Shown here piece after piece: positions 1 through 8,293 of a stretch of DNA of 64,000 bases; position 1 is the stretch's first letter; every line of letters starts with the position of its first letter. The DNA is from Chloroflexota bacterium. GTDB taxonomy: Bacteria > Chloroflexota > UBA11872 > VXOZ01. The stretch is from NCBI GenBank assembly GCA_963663275.1, contig OY760183.1, positions 1,312,001-1,376,000 of the forward strand. Reading direction: 5' to 3'. The translations under genes were made by a program, and so were the position numbers. The notes under the pieces are model-generated. The model made no database searches, was not told where the DNA came from, and worked only from the letters and a program-made list of their open reading frames with translations.

Positions 1-245
1 CTTGGTCTGGCGCGCCGCGCAAGGAAATCGCCTATGCGCCTACGCCGATGGCGGTCTATGGCGGGCACCGCTGGTCCTATGAGATCATGCGGCGGTTCGT
101 GGCGGAACTGCACACCGGACGCCCGCCCGCGGTGACGCTGGATGACGCGCTGCGCGTGTTGCAGGTCATCGAGGCGGCGTACCAGGCGGCGCGCACCGGC
201 AAACAGGTTGAGGTGCGGTACGGCGTGAACGCGGCCGGCGCGTGA
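1..245 (+). CDS. C-terminal part of a Gfo/Idh/MocA-family oxidoreductase (5' end outside window)
   Basis: Tail 'F..EL.TG.PPAVTLDDALRVLQVIEAAYQAARTGKQV' is typical of Gfo/Idh/MocA C-termini; the frame is open upstream of ATG 48. Confidence 0.7.
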   Translation, partial: WSGAPRKEIAYAPTPMAVYGGHRWSYEIMRRFVAELHTGRPPAVTLDDALRVLQVIEAAYQAARTGKQVEVRYGVNAAGA

Positions 246-266
246 AAATCTTGCACTCGTAAATCT

Positions 267-320
267 CTGGCATTGAGGTGTAGGGGCACGACATGTCGTG
301 CCCCTACACCTCAATGCCAG
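267..320. repeat. 54-bp perfect palindrome centred on a GTAG-type REP
   Basis: CTGGCATTGAGGTGTAGGGGCACGACA|TGTCGTGCCCCTACACCTCAATGCCAG; the core GTAGGGGCACGACATGTCGTGCCCCTAC recurs near 36223. Confidence 0.9.
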
Positions 321-589
321 GACTGCGAACGCGCAATCCGCGTAACCGCGTCTTGTGGCGCCCCTCCATTCTCACACGGCTCTGATGCGACAGGATAGGG
401 GACAAGCCCCAAGGCAGTAGCAATAACGTAGCGCGGCGCTGTTCCCCTCACCCCGGCCCTCTCCCCAGGGAGAGGGGGTTTTCGCAAGCTAGGGAGACGA
501 GGTCTGCGGCGTGCGCCGCGTGGGGGCGGCTGCGGTATAATCGAAAGCGCGCTGACCGGACGCGAGTAGCGACAAAGAGGCGGACGGCT

Positions 590-1417
590 GTGAACGTTGG
601 CATGTTGTACCATCCCGGGCGCGAGCAGGCGCACGCGCTGGCGACGGTGCTGCGCTCGGACATCGAGCAAGAGGGGCACGAAGCGTGGCACCTGCCGGTG
701 GAAGCCGAGGCGGAGTGGAGCGAGCGCGTGCCCGCGGCGGACCTCCTCTTTACCCTGGGCGGCGACGGCAGCATTCTGCGCGCCGCGCCGCTCTGCGCGC
801 AGCACGATGTCCCCATCGTGGGCGTGAAGTTTGGGCGGCTGGGATTTCTCTCGGAACTCCTGCCCACGGAGGCAATCCAGACCCTGCCCCGGTTCCTCAA
901 CCGTGAGTACTGGATCGAAGAGCGCACCATGCTCGATTGCCAGATCGAGGGCGCGAGCCAGAAAACCGCGGCCCTCAACGAGGCGGTGATCAGCCAGGGA
1001 CACGCGCGGCGCGTGCTGGACATCAAAGTGTGGATCGACGACGCCTATCTGGCCGATTACGTCGCGGACGGCCTGATCATTGCCACCGCCACCGGGTCTA
1101 CGGCGTACTCCATGGTGGCCGGCGGGCCGATCCTGCACCCGGAAGTGCGCAACATGCTCATCATTCCCATGTGCGCGTTGCGCGGGCCGACCACGCCGTT
1201 CGTCCTGCGCCAGTCGGCGCGGCTGCGGTTGCAGGTATTTCACCAGCACGAAGCGGTGGTTACGATCGACGGCCTGCCGGTGGGCGACCTGGCCAACGAG
1301 GGCATGATGCACCTGACCACCGCCACGCAGACCTGCAAGTTCGCCCGCGTGCAGGAGCGCACCTACTTCTACGAGACGCTGGTGCGCAAGCTGGGAATTC
1401 CCCTGGACAACGCCTAG
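590..1417 (+). CDS. nadK: NAD(+)/NADH kinase
   Basis: GGDG, GRLGFL, NE and DGLIIATATGSTAY motifs; directly upstream of recN; TATAAT at 536-541. Confidence 0.95.
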   Translation: MNVGMLYHPGREQAHALATVLRSDIEQEGHEAWHLPVEAEAEWSERVPAADLLFTLGGDGSILRAAPLCAQHDVPIVGVKFGRLGFLSELLPTEAIQTLPRFLNREYWIEERTMLDCQIEGASQKTAALNEAVISQGHARRVLDIKVWIDDAYLADYVADGLIIATATGSTAYSMVAGGPILHPEVRNMLIIPMCALRGPTTPFVLRQSARLRLQVFHQHEAVVTIDGLPVGDLANEGMMHLTTATQTCKFARVQERTYFYETLVRKLGIPLDNA

Positions 1418-1425
1418 GATGCGCC

Positions 1426-3240
1426 ATGCTGGAGCGCCTGGAAATCCAAGACTTCGCCCTCATCGACGCGGTGCGGGTGGAGTTCGGCGCGGGTTTCAAC
1501 GTGCTTACCGGCGAGACTGGCGCCGGCAAGTCGATCGTCATCGACGCCATTGGCGCGCTGCTCGGCAACCGCGTGGGAGCCGCCGACGTCCGCAGCGGCG
1601 CGGCCGCGGCGCGTGTGGCCGGCACGTTCGCGCTGGGCGCGATGCGCCCGGCCCTGAAGGCGGCGCTGGATGAGGCCGGCATCGCTCCGGATAGCGACGG
1701 CCGCTTGCTGCTCTCCCGCGAAATCGCGGCCTCCGGCCGTACCACCGCCCGCATCCAGGGGCGCGCCCTGTCCGTGGGCGCGTTGCAACAGGTGGCGCGC
1801 CTGCTGGTCGATATTCACGGCCAGGGCGAGAATCTCTCGCTGCTGCGCTCCAACTTGCAGTTGGACTTCCTCGATCGCTTCGCCGGCCTGGATGAATTGC
1901 GGCAGGGGATGGGGCAAGCCTGGCGGGCTTTGCAGGCGGCGCAAGCGGAACTGCGGCATCTCCGGCGGGATACGCGGGAGTTGGCGCAGCGCGCCGACCT
2001 GCTGGCCTTTCAGATTCAGGAGATTGCCGACGCGGGGCTGGCGCCGGACGAAGAGGACGCCCTGCGCGCCGAGTACCGGCGGCTGCGGCACAGCACGGAG
2101 TTGGTGGAACTCACCAGCGGCGTGCTCCAGGCGCTCAGCGACGCCGCCGAACCCGCCCGGCCCGCCAGCGCGTGGGTGGATGAGGCGGTCAGGGCGCTCC
2201 AACGCCTGGCCGAGCTTGATCCTGAAGCGGAGCCGCACCTGCGCGCCGGCGAGGAAATCTCGGCGCGGTTGGAGGAACTGGTGGCGGACGCGCGCCGCTA
2301 TGCCGAGGGCCTGGAGCAGGAGCCGGGGCGCCTGCTGGAGGTGGAGGCGCGGCTCGACGTTATCGAGAGTTTGAAACGCAAGTACGGCGATAGCGTCGCG
2401 GAAATCCTGGCCTATGCCGACGCCGCGGCGGCGGAACTGGCGGGCATTCAGACCGGCGAAGACCGGGCCGTAGACCTGGCCGCGCAGGTGGAAGCGCTCA
2501 CCGGCGAGGCCGCCGCGCGCGCCGCCGCGCTTTCCGCCCGGCGAAAGGCCGGCGCGCCGGACCTGGTTGCCGCCGTGCATCGCGAACTGGCGCTGCTCAA
2601 TATGCCAAACCTGGCGTTCGACGCGGCCGTGACCCAGGAGGAAGCGCCCGAGGGCGTCCAGGTGGAGACCGAGGAGGGCCCCCGCCCGCTGCTGTGCGGG
2701 CCGAGCGGCATCGATACGGTGGCGTTCCTCATCAGCCCGAATCCGGGCGAACCGCTGAAGCCGCTGGCAACGATCGCTTCCGGCGGCGAGGCGTCACGCC
2801 TGCTGCTGGCCCTCAAGTCGGCGCTGGCCCACGCGGACGAGACGCCGGTGCTGGTCTTCGACGAAATCGAGATCGGCGTGGGCGGCCGCAGCGGCGCGGT
2901 GCTGGGCGAGAAGATGTGGAGCCTGGTGCGCAACCACCAGGTGATCTGCGTGACCCACCTGCCCCAGGTGGCGGCCTACGCTGACCACCACTTCTTCATC
3001 CGCAAGGAAACGGACGGCGAGCGCACGACGACCCAGGTGAACGCCCTGGCGGACGACCCGCAAGTGGCGGAATTGGCGGCGATGAGCGGCTCTTCCGGTT
3101 CGGCGGCGGCGCGCGGCATGAGGGAACTGCGCGCCCGGGCGCAACGGTGGAAAGCCGAACGACAGGAGAAACCCGCCTCTCCGCCGCAATCTTCCCCCTC
3201 ACCCCGGCCCTCTCCCCAGGGAGAGGGGGCAGGAAGGTAG
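1426..3240 (+). CDS. recN: DNA repair protein RecN
   Basis: ATG 1426 (MLERLEIQDFALID); Walker A TGETGAGKS; DIHGQ; ASGGE signature; LVFDEI; QVICVTHLPQVAA. Confidence 0.96.
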   Translation: MLERLEIQDFALIDAVRVEFGAGFNVLTGETGAGKSIVIDAIGALLGNRVGAADVRSGAAAARVAGTFALGAMRPALKAALDEAGIAPDSDGRLLLSREIAASGRTTARIQGRALSVGALQQVARLLVDIHGQGENLSLLRSNLQLDFLDRFAGLDELRQGMGQAWRALQAAQAELRHLRRDTRELAQRADLLAFQIQEIADAGLAPDEEDALRAEYRRLRHSTELVELTSGVLQALSDAAEPARPASAWVDEAVRALQRLAELDPEAEPHLRAGEEISARLEELVADARRYAEGLEQEPGRLLEVEARLDVIESLKRKYGDSVAEILAYADAAAAELAGIQTGEDRAVDLAAQVEALTGEAAARAAALSARRKAGAPDLVAAVHRELALLNMPNLAFDAAVTQEEAPEGVQVETEEGPRPLLCGPSGIDTVAFLISPNPGEPLKPLATIASGGEASRLLLALKSALAHADETPVLVFDEIEIGVGGRSGAVLGEKMWSLVRNHQVICVTHLPQVAAYADHHFFIRKETDGERTTTQVNALADDPQVAELAAMSGSSGSAAARGMRELRARAQRWKAERQEKPASPPQSSPSPRPSPQGEGAGR

Positions 3241-3264
3241 CCGGACGCTTCCTTTCGACCCCAG

Positions 3265-3561
3265 GAGACTCTTGCATAACCCCTTCCCCATTGAGGGCTT
3301 ACAGGGGTAGGCATTCTACATCCGACTTCTCGTGTCATTCCGAGCGGAGCGCAGCGGAGAGAGGAATCTAAGGCTCTCGCTGCAAAACGTCGGTTCTAGA
3401 TTCCTCGCTCCGCTCGGAATGACAGTTGCCTACCCCTGTCAGCCCATTGAGGGGGAAGGTTGGGATGGGGGGTGAAACGAATTGACTTCATGCTATCTTT
3501 AGTTGTAAAGGCACCCTGGATTCCGGCTTTCACCGGAATGACAGAGTTACGCAAAGGTTTC
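3265..3561. mobile_element. MITE-A (IS5/IS1106-like TIR) containing a nested MITE-B
   Basis: Ends GAGACTCTTGC...GCAAAGGTTTC flanked by CCCAG direct repeats; equals the copy at 19921-20061 plus an insert. Confidence 0.8.
3296..3444. mobile_element. MITE-B (TIR GGCTGACAGGGGTAGGCA), 7-bp TSD CATTGAG
   Basis: TIRs at both ends; CATTGAG at 3289-3295 and 3445-3451; carries the GTCATTCCGAGCGGAGCG...GGAATGAC palindrome pair. Confidence 0.85.
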
Positions 3562-3662
3562 CCCAGGGAGAGGGGGCAGAAGCGTAGCCTCTCTCTTGAA
3601 GACCCTTGTATTGCCTTGGCGGGGTTTGCGTTGCGGGGTGGATGGTCTGCGCGATGCGTCCG

Positions 3663-4460
3663 CTATTCGTCGTGGTGGTCTACGCGGGGGCCGTAGGGTA
3701 GGGTGCGCAGGTCGTCCACGATTTCTATGAGCGCCTGGCTTACAGTTTCTAGGATGCGTTCGCCTTTCCAGGCCACGCCGAGGGTGGGATCGCCGCCGGT
3801 GCCGTCTTGCGACATCTTGCTCAGGTAGTCCACGTACTTCACCGGCGAGCCGCCCATCAGGTCGCGGTAGTGCCACTTGGTGCGCACCCGGTAGTCGGCC
3901 CGCGCCTTGTCCATCTGCACCCGCGCCGGATCCAGCGCCAGGTAGATGGACGTCTCGAACTCACCGGCGTGGTCCATGCCGCCGGGATATTCGGACTCGC
4001 GCCACTGCGCAACCTCTTCCTGCGCTAAGTCCCAGTAGGAAACCACGGCGCAGGCGGCGTCGGCGTGCAGCGTAGCGAGGCGCGCGGAGACTTGCAGCAG
4101 CGGGTCGTTGGAGGCGTGTCCATTGACGAAGAGCACGATGGGAAAGCGGTGGTGGGCGAAACTCACCGCTACGTCGTAGCAGTAGTCGATGAAGCGCTGC
4201 GCCTGCACGGAGATGGTGCCGGGAAAGTCCAGGTTGTGCTCGTTGAAGCCGTAGTGGATCGGCGGCGCGCAGAGGAGTCTGTCCGGCGCGGCCTGCGCGG
4301 CGCGCTCGCAGACGGCAAGCGCCGCCACGTTGTCCGTGTCGATCGGCAGGTGCGGGCCGTGCTGCTCGATAGCCGCCACCGGCAGCAGAATTGCCTTCTT
4401 CTCCCGCGCCGCCTCGCGCACCTCCGGCCACGTCAATTTTGCGTAGCGCCATTCCGCCAT
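3663..4460 (-). CDS. Creatininase / creatinine amidohydrolase family protein
   Basis: EQHGPHLP.DTD, NGH and DHAGEFETS motifs; ATG at 4460. Confidence 0.9.
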   Translation of the reverse strand: MAEWRYAKLTWPEVREAAREKKAILLPVAAIEQHGPHLPIDTDNVAALAVCERAAQAAPDRLLCAPPIHYGFNEHNLDFPGTISVQAQRFIDYCYDVAVSFAHHRFPIVLFVNGHASNDPLLQVSARLATLHADAACAVVSYWDLAQEEVAQWRESEYPGGMDHAGEFETSIYLALDPARVQMDKARADYRVRTKWHYRDLMGGSPVKYVDYLSKMSQDGTGGDPTLGVAWKGERILETVSQALIEIVDDLRTLPYGPRVDHHDE

Positions 4461-4611
4461 GGCTTGCCTTTCCGTACAAGCGCTCCGTGGTGTGCCGCTT
4501 CTGGTCTCAGTATAGAGAAGCGCGGCAAGTCGCGGTTGCCTTAACGCCAGGAAAGAGTTTACAGTTGTGCCCAGATAGACCGCGTGTCTCATGAAGTGGA
4601 AGGAGAAATCA

Positions 4612-5976
4612 ATGAGAGACCGCATCCTGAGACGGACGTTTCTCGGCGGCGTTGGCCTAGCCGGAGCGGGTGCGCTGTTCGTGGCCTGCGGGCAGGCGGC
4701 GCCGATGGAAACCGCGGAGGCCCCGGCGGAAGAGGAAGCGCCCAAGGAAGAGGAAGCCCAACCGGCAGCGGCGGAAGCGGTTGAGCTTGAGGTGTGGACT
4801 ACCAGGCGCTGGGACCTCTCGCAGGGTTTGGGTCTGGAGGTCAAGCAGGAGATCGAGGCATTGGTGGAGGGCCTTACCGTCAAGGACCTGATCCCGGAAG
4901 GCAACCGCTTTACCATCTTGATCGCGGCGCAGGCGGCGGGCACCTCGCCGGACATCGGCCAGGTGGGCGTCTGGCAGAACCAGCAGGTGGCGGCCGGCGG
5001 CATCGTCGACAGCCTGGAGCAGTACTACGCCCAATCGCCGGTGATCAACAAGGACGACATCTGGCCCTCGCTGCGCATCGACATGGACCACAAGGGCCAG
5101 GTGTGGAGCATGCCCTTTGGCCCGGACGTGCGCTTCTTCTACATCCACGACAATCTCTACCTGGACGCGGGACTGGACTCGGAAAATCCGCCGGTGACGT
5201 GGACCGACCTGGAGGACGTGATTTCCAAGTCGTTCAAGGGCGGCAATACCATCGAGCAGGTGGCCTGGGGTCCGTTGTGGGCCAACCGCCACGTGTGGAT
5301 GGTGCCCATGTGGCAACTGGGCGGCGAGAACATCAACGACGACCGCACCAAGATAACCCTCAACACCGAGGAAGGCCGCGAGGGCATGGCCTGGCTGAAG
5401 AAGGTACACGACATGCAGGGCGGCTACGACGCGCTGCAAGAGTTCAAGGGCGATGAGAACGCCCGCGCCCACTTCTACGCCAGCCGTCTGGCCAATCTCT
5501 ACGACACCGGCTCCATCCGCTTCGAGAGCATCGCCAAGGAAGCGCCGGATCTGGAGTACCACTGGGGCCACTGGCCCAAGCCCGCCGACGGCGTCAACCG
5601 CACCTACGGCGGCTGTCATACGTGGGTGCTGCCCGTGGGCGCGACCCACAAGGACTTGGGCTGGACGTTCATGGAGCACTTCGGCGTGGAGGACGTGAAC
5701 GTCCGCTGGGCCAAGCACTTCGACCGCCTGCCAATCCGCGTGGACACGTCGTACAGCGAGGCGTACCACGGCGGCGATCCGTTCGTCATCCACCAGGTTG
5801 ACGTGATGGAAGGGCGGCGCTTCGTGGTCTCCGCGCCGGGCGCGAACGAGATGCTCGGCATCATGAGCGGCGGTGTGCCGGATATGCTCACCGGCAAGAC
5901 CACCATCGAGGAAGGCCTGCGGAATACAGAGGCCCAGGCGCAGACAGTGCTCGACGAGTGGCTGGCGCGCGAGTAG
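4612..5976 (+). CDS. Extracellular solute-binding lipoprotein (sugar-type ABC SBP) with Tat signal
   Basis: AGGAG RBS; RRTFLG twin-arginine motif; lipobox VACG; SBP_bac_1-like motifs. Confidence 0.88.
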   Translation: MRDRILRRTFLGGVGLAGAGALFVACGQAAPMETAEAPAEEEAPKEEEAQPAAAEAVELEVWTTRRWDLSQGLGLEVKQEIEALVEGLTVKDLIPEGNRFTILIAAQAAGTSPDIGQVGVWQNQQVAAGGIVDSLEQYYAQSPVINKDDIWPSLRIDMDHKGQVWSMPFGPDVRFFYIHDNLYLDAGLDSENPPVTWTDLEDVISKSFKGGNTIEQVAWGPLWANRHVWMVPMWQLGGENINDDRTKITLNTEEGREGMAWLKKVHDMQGGYDALQEFKGDENARAHFYASRLANLYDTGSIRFESIAKEAPDLEYHWGHWPKPADGVNRTYGGCHTWVLPVGATHKDLGWTFMEHFGVEDVNVRWAKHFDRLPIRVDTSYSEAYHGGDPFVIHQVDVMEGRRFVVSAPGANEMLGIMSGGVPDMLTGKTTIEEGLRNTEAQAQTVLDEWLARE

Positions 5977-6174
5977 GGAGCCACGCTTACCGGGCTAGCG
6001 CAGGCGCTGCAACGCACGTGCGTTCGCTCTGACGGTTGAGAAAAGGGGCATCGAGTACCTCGCTATGCGGCGGGCGTGCTGGGTGCTCCGTTGTTTATAG
6101 CGAAAGTTTGAAATCATGGGCCCTTGCCGGGCCGACTTCAAATTGGGCTCGTAAGTGTGGGGAGGAGAGGCGCA

Positions 6175-7725
6175 ATGCGTGCCGTAGAATTCGACCCCAA
6201 CCTTATCCGGCTGCCGCTGGACTACCAAGGCACGCCGGAACTGGCGGAGATTCGCGTGACCGTGCCCAGCATCGTGCCGCCGGATGTGAGCAACGGCGAA
6301 TTCAAGATTGGCCTAGAATTGCGGGATCGGTGGGGGTTTCATCTACCTAAGCAGAGCGCCCATTTAGAGTTGATGCTAGAAGGCGCAAGCGGTGAGTTCC
6401 CGGCGACCGTGCCCATGCTGCCGGAGTACGACAGCCACTATGCCGTGCGCGGCCGCGTAACCGAAAAGGACACGGTCTTTCGCGTGCGGGCGCGCGACCG
6501 GGAGACCGGCGTCGAGGCGCTGAGCAATCCCGGCTGGGCGCCGGCGTATCTCTACCGGGGCGATCACAAGCTCTACTGGGGCGACCTGCACTGCCACCGG
6601 CTGGAGAATCCCAGCAGAAAACGCGCGGATCCGCTGTTGTGGAGCTATGGGCCCGCCACCGTGCACGAGGTGTACCGGTTTGCCCGGGACGTCGCGCATC
6701 TGGACTTCACGGCGCTCACCGACCACGACTACGCGCTCAGCACCGACGAGTGGCGCGAAATCCAGGAAGGCGCGGAGTTCTACAACCAGCCGGAGCGGTT
6801 CGTGACCTTTCTGGGTTACGAATGGTCCTGGAACCGGGGGCCGGACGCCGACTGCGGCCACCGCAACGTCATCTTTCGTCACGGCGACATGCCGCTGATC
6901 TCCAGCAATTGGCAGGGGTCGAATACGCCGCAGGACCTCTTCAACGTCTTTCGCGGTATCTCCCGCACGGGACGGGATATTCTCTCCATTCCCCATCATC
7001 CGGCGCGCTTGGGCAATCGCATCTGGCACAACTGGGAGACCATGGACCCTGAGTTCGAGCGCCTGATGGAGGTGTATAGCCACTGGGGCAGCAGCGAGCA
7101 TGAGGGCGAGCCTTACGCCTTGAAAGCCCGTAACGAGCGCACCCAGTGGGACGAGCCGCAAGCGGACTATCCACCCTATGAGGCCACCGGACACTTCCTG
7201 CAAGACGGCCTGCGGCGGGGCTTTCGTTTCGGTTTCGTGGGCGGCAGCGAGAGCCACGACGGCCGTGCTACCAGCAGCGTGCAGATCGCGCACTTGCCCA
7301 TCAAGCTGACGACCTTCAACCACCACGCCGGCATGACGGGTCTCTGGTCGCGCCGCCGCGAGCGCGACGCCATGTTCAGCGCGCTCTGGAACCGCCGCGC
7401 CATCGGCACCACCGGCGTGCGTATCCTCCTCGATTTCGACGTGGACAACCAGCCCATGGGCGAAGTCATCAGCGTGCAAACGCCGCCTCAGCGCATGCGC
7501 GTGCGCGTCCACGGCTGCGCGCCGCTGGCCAAGGTGGTCGTGGTGAAGAATAACCGCGATTGGCACGTGGTGGAGCGTCCCGGTTGGGAGTGCGCCTTTA
7601 CGCTGGATGAGATAGAAATGCCGCAAGACCGCACCGATTGGTACTACGTGCGCGTGACGCAGGAGGACGGCGAGATGGCGTGGTCGAGTCCGATTTGGGT
7701 CGAAGACGCGCGCCGGGTGTTTTGA
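6175..7725 (+). CDS. DUF3604 / CehA-McbA family PHP-fold metallohydrolase
   Basis: WGDLHCH, TDHD, GYEWS, HRNVIF, IPHHP, GGSESH; C-terminal YYVRVTQEDGEMAWSSPIW; GGAGG RBS. Confidence 0.85.
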   Translation: MRAVEFDPNLIRLPLDYQGTPELAEIRVTVPSIVPPDVSNGEFKIGLELRDRWGFHLPKQSAHLELMLEGASGEFPATVPMLPEYDSHYAVRGRVTEKDTVFRVRARDRETGVEALSNPGWAPAYLYRGDHKLYWGDLHCHRLENPSRKRADPLLWSYGPATVHEVYRFARDVAHLDFTALTDHDYALSTDEWREIQEGAEFYNQPERFVTFLGYEWSWNRGPDADCGHRNVIFRHGDMPLISSNWQGSNTPQDLFNVFRGISRTGRDILSIPHHPARLGNRIWHNWETMDPEFERLMEVYSHWGSSEHEGEPYALKARNERTQWDEPQADYPPYEATGHFLQDGLRRGFRFGFVGGSESHDGRATSSVQIAHLPIKLTTFNHHAGMTGLWSRRRERDAMFSALWNRRAIGTTGVRILLDFDVDNQPMGEVISVQTPPQRMRVRVHGCAPLAKVVVVKNNRDWHVVERPGWECAFTLDEIEMPQDRTDWYYVRVTQEDGEMAWSSPIWVEDARRVF

Positions 7726-7950
7726 TAAAACGCGCGGGCGCGGGAAACCCCTCATGCGTGGGGGTTCTCACGTGTAGGGGCGGTTCGCGAACCGCCCCTA
7801 CGGCCCGTAAAGCGAATCAATGCTGGCGCATCTAACGCAATATGAATGAAAACCACGCAACACTTCTCCGGTAGCGCAGGTTTGTAACCTGCGTCTTTGC
7901 ACGGCCAATCCCATCCGTGTTTGTGTCATGCACCGGCGGGGGACAAGCCC

Positions 7951-8112
7951 CAATGCTGTCGCATTAAACACAATGAGAGTGAAAACAACGCTCGTTTCTC
8001 CGGTAGCGCAGGTTTGTAACCTGCGTCTTCCGTAGGGTCAATCCATTTCGTTAGCATTTCTCTTATTCCGGCGGGGGACAAGCCCCCGCGCTACGTTAAT
8101 GCGACAGTATTG
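7951..8112. mobile_element. MITE-D (IS4/IS231-like), 11-bp TSD GGGACAAGCCC, nested in an older copy that starts at ~7818
   Basis: TIR CAATGCTGTCGCATTAA...TTAATGCGACAGTATTG; TSD at 7940-7950 and 8113-8123. Confidence 0.85.
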
Positions 8113-8293
8113 GGGACAAGCCCCCGCGCTACGGTGATGTGGGACGGTTCGCGATCCGCCCCTACGTTTCGCCGTGGGTACACGTCCGTAGCGGGCAAAA
8201 AGCGCCTGGCGCCATGCTGTGATACGATACCGCAGGGTTGGAGTGTCATAGAAGAGGCAATGCGAGCGGCAAGACGAAAGGGTGCGGTCAGAC

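Noticed and set aside
937-1425. N-terminal extensions in the ORF track (recN from 937, creatininase to 5003, SBP from 48901, dehydratase to 18424)
   Set aside because: They overlap other genes or translate repeats; downstream starts match family N-termini, several with clear RBSs
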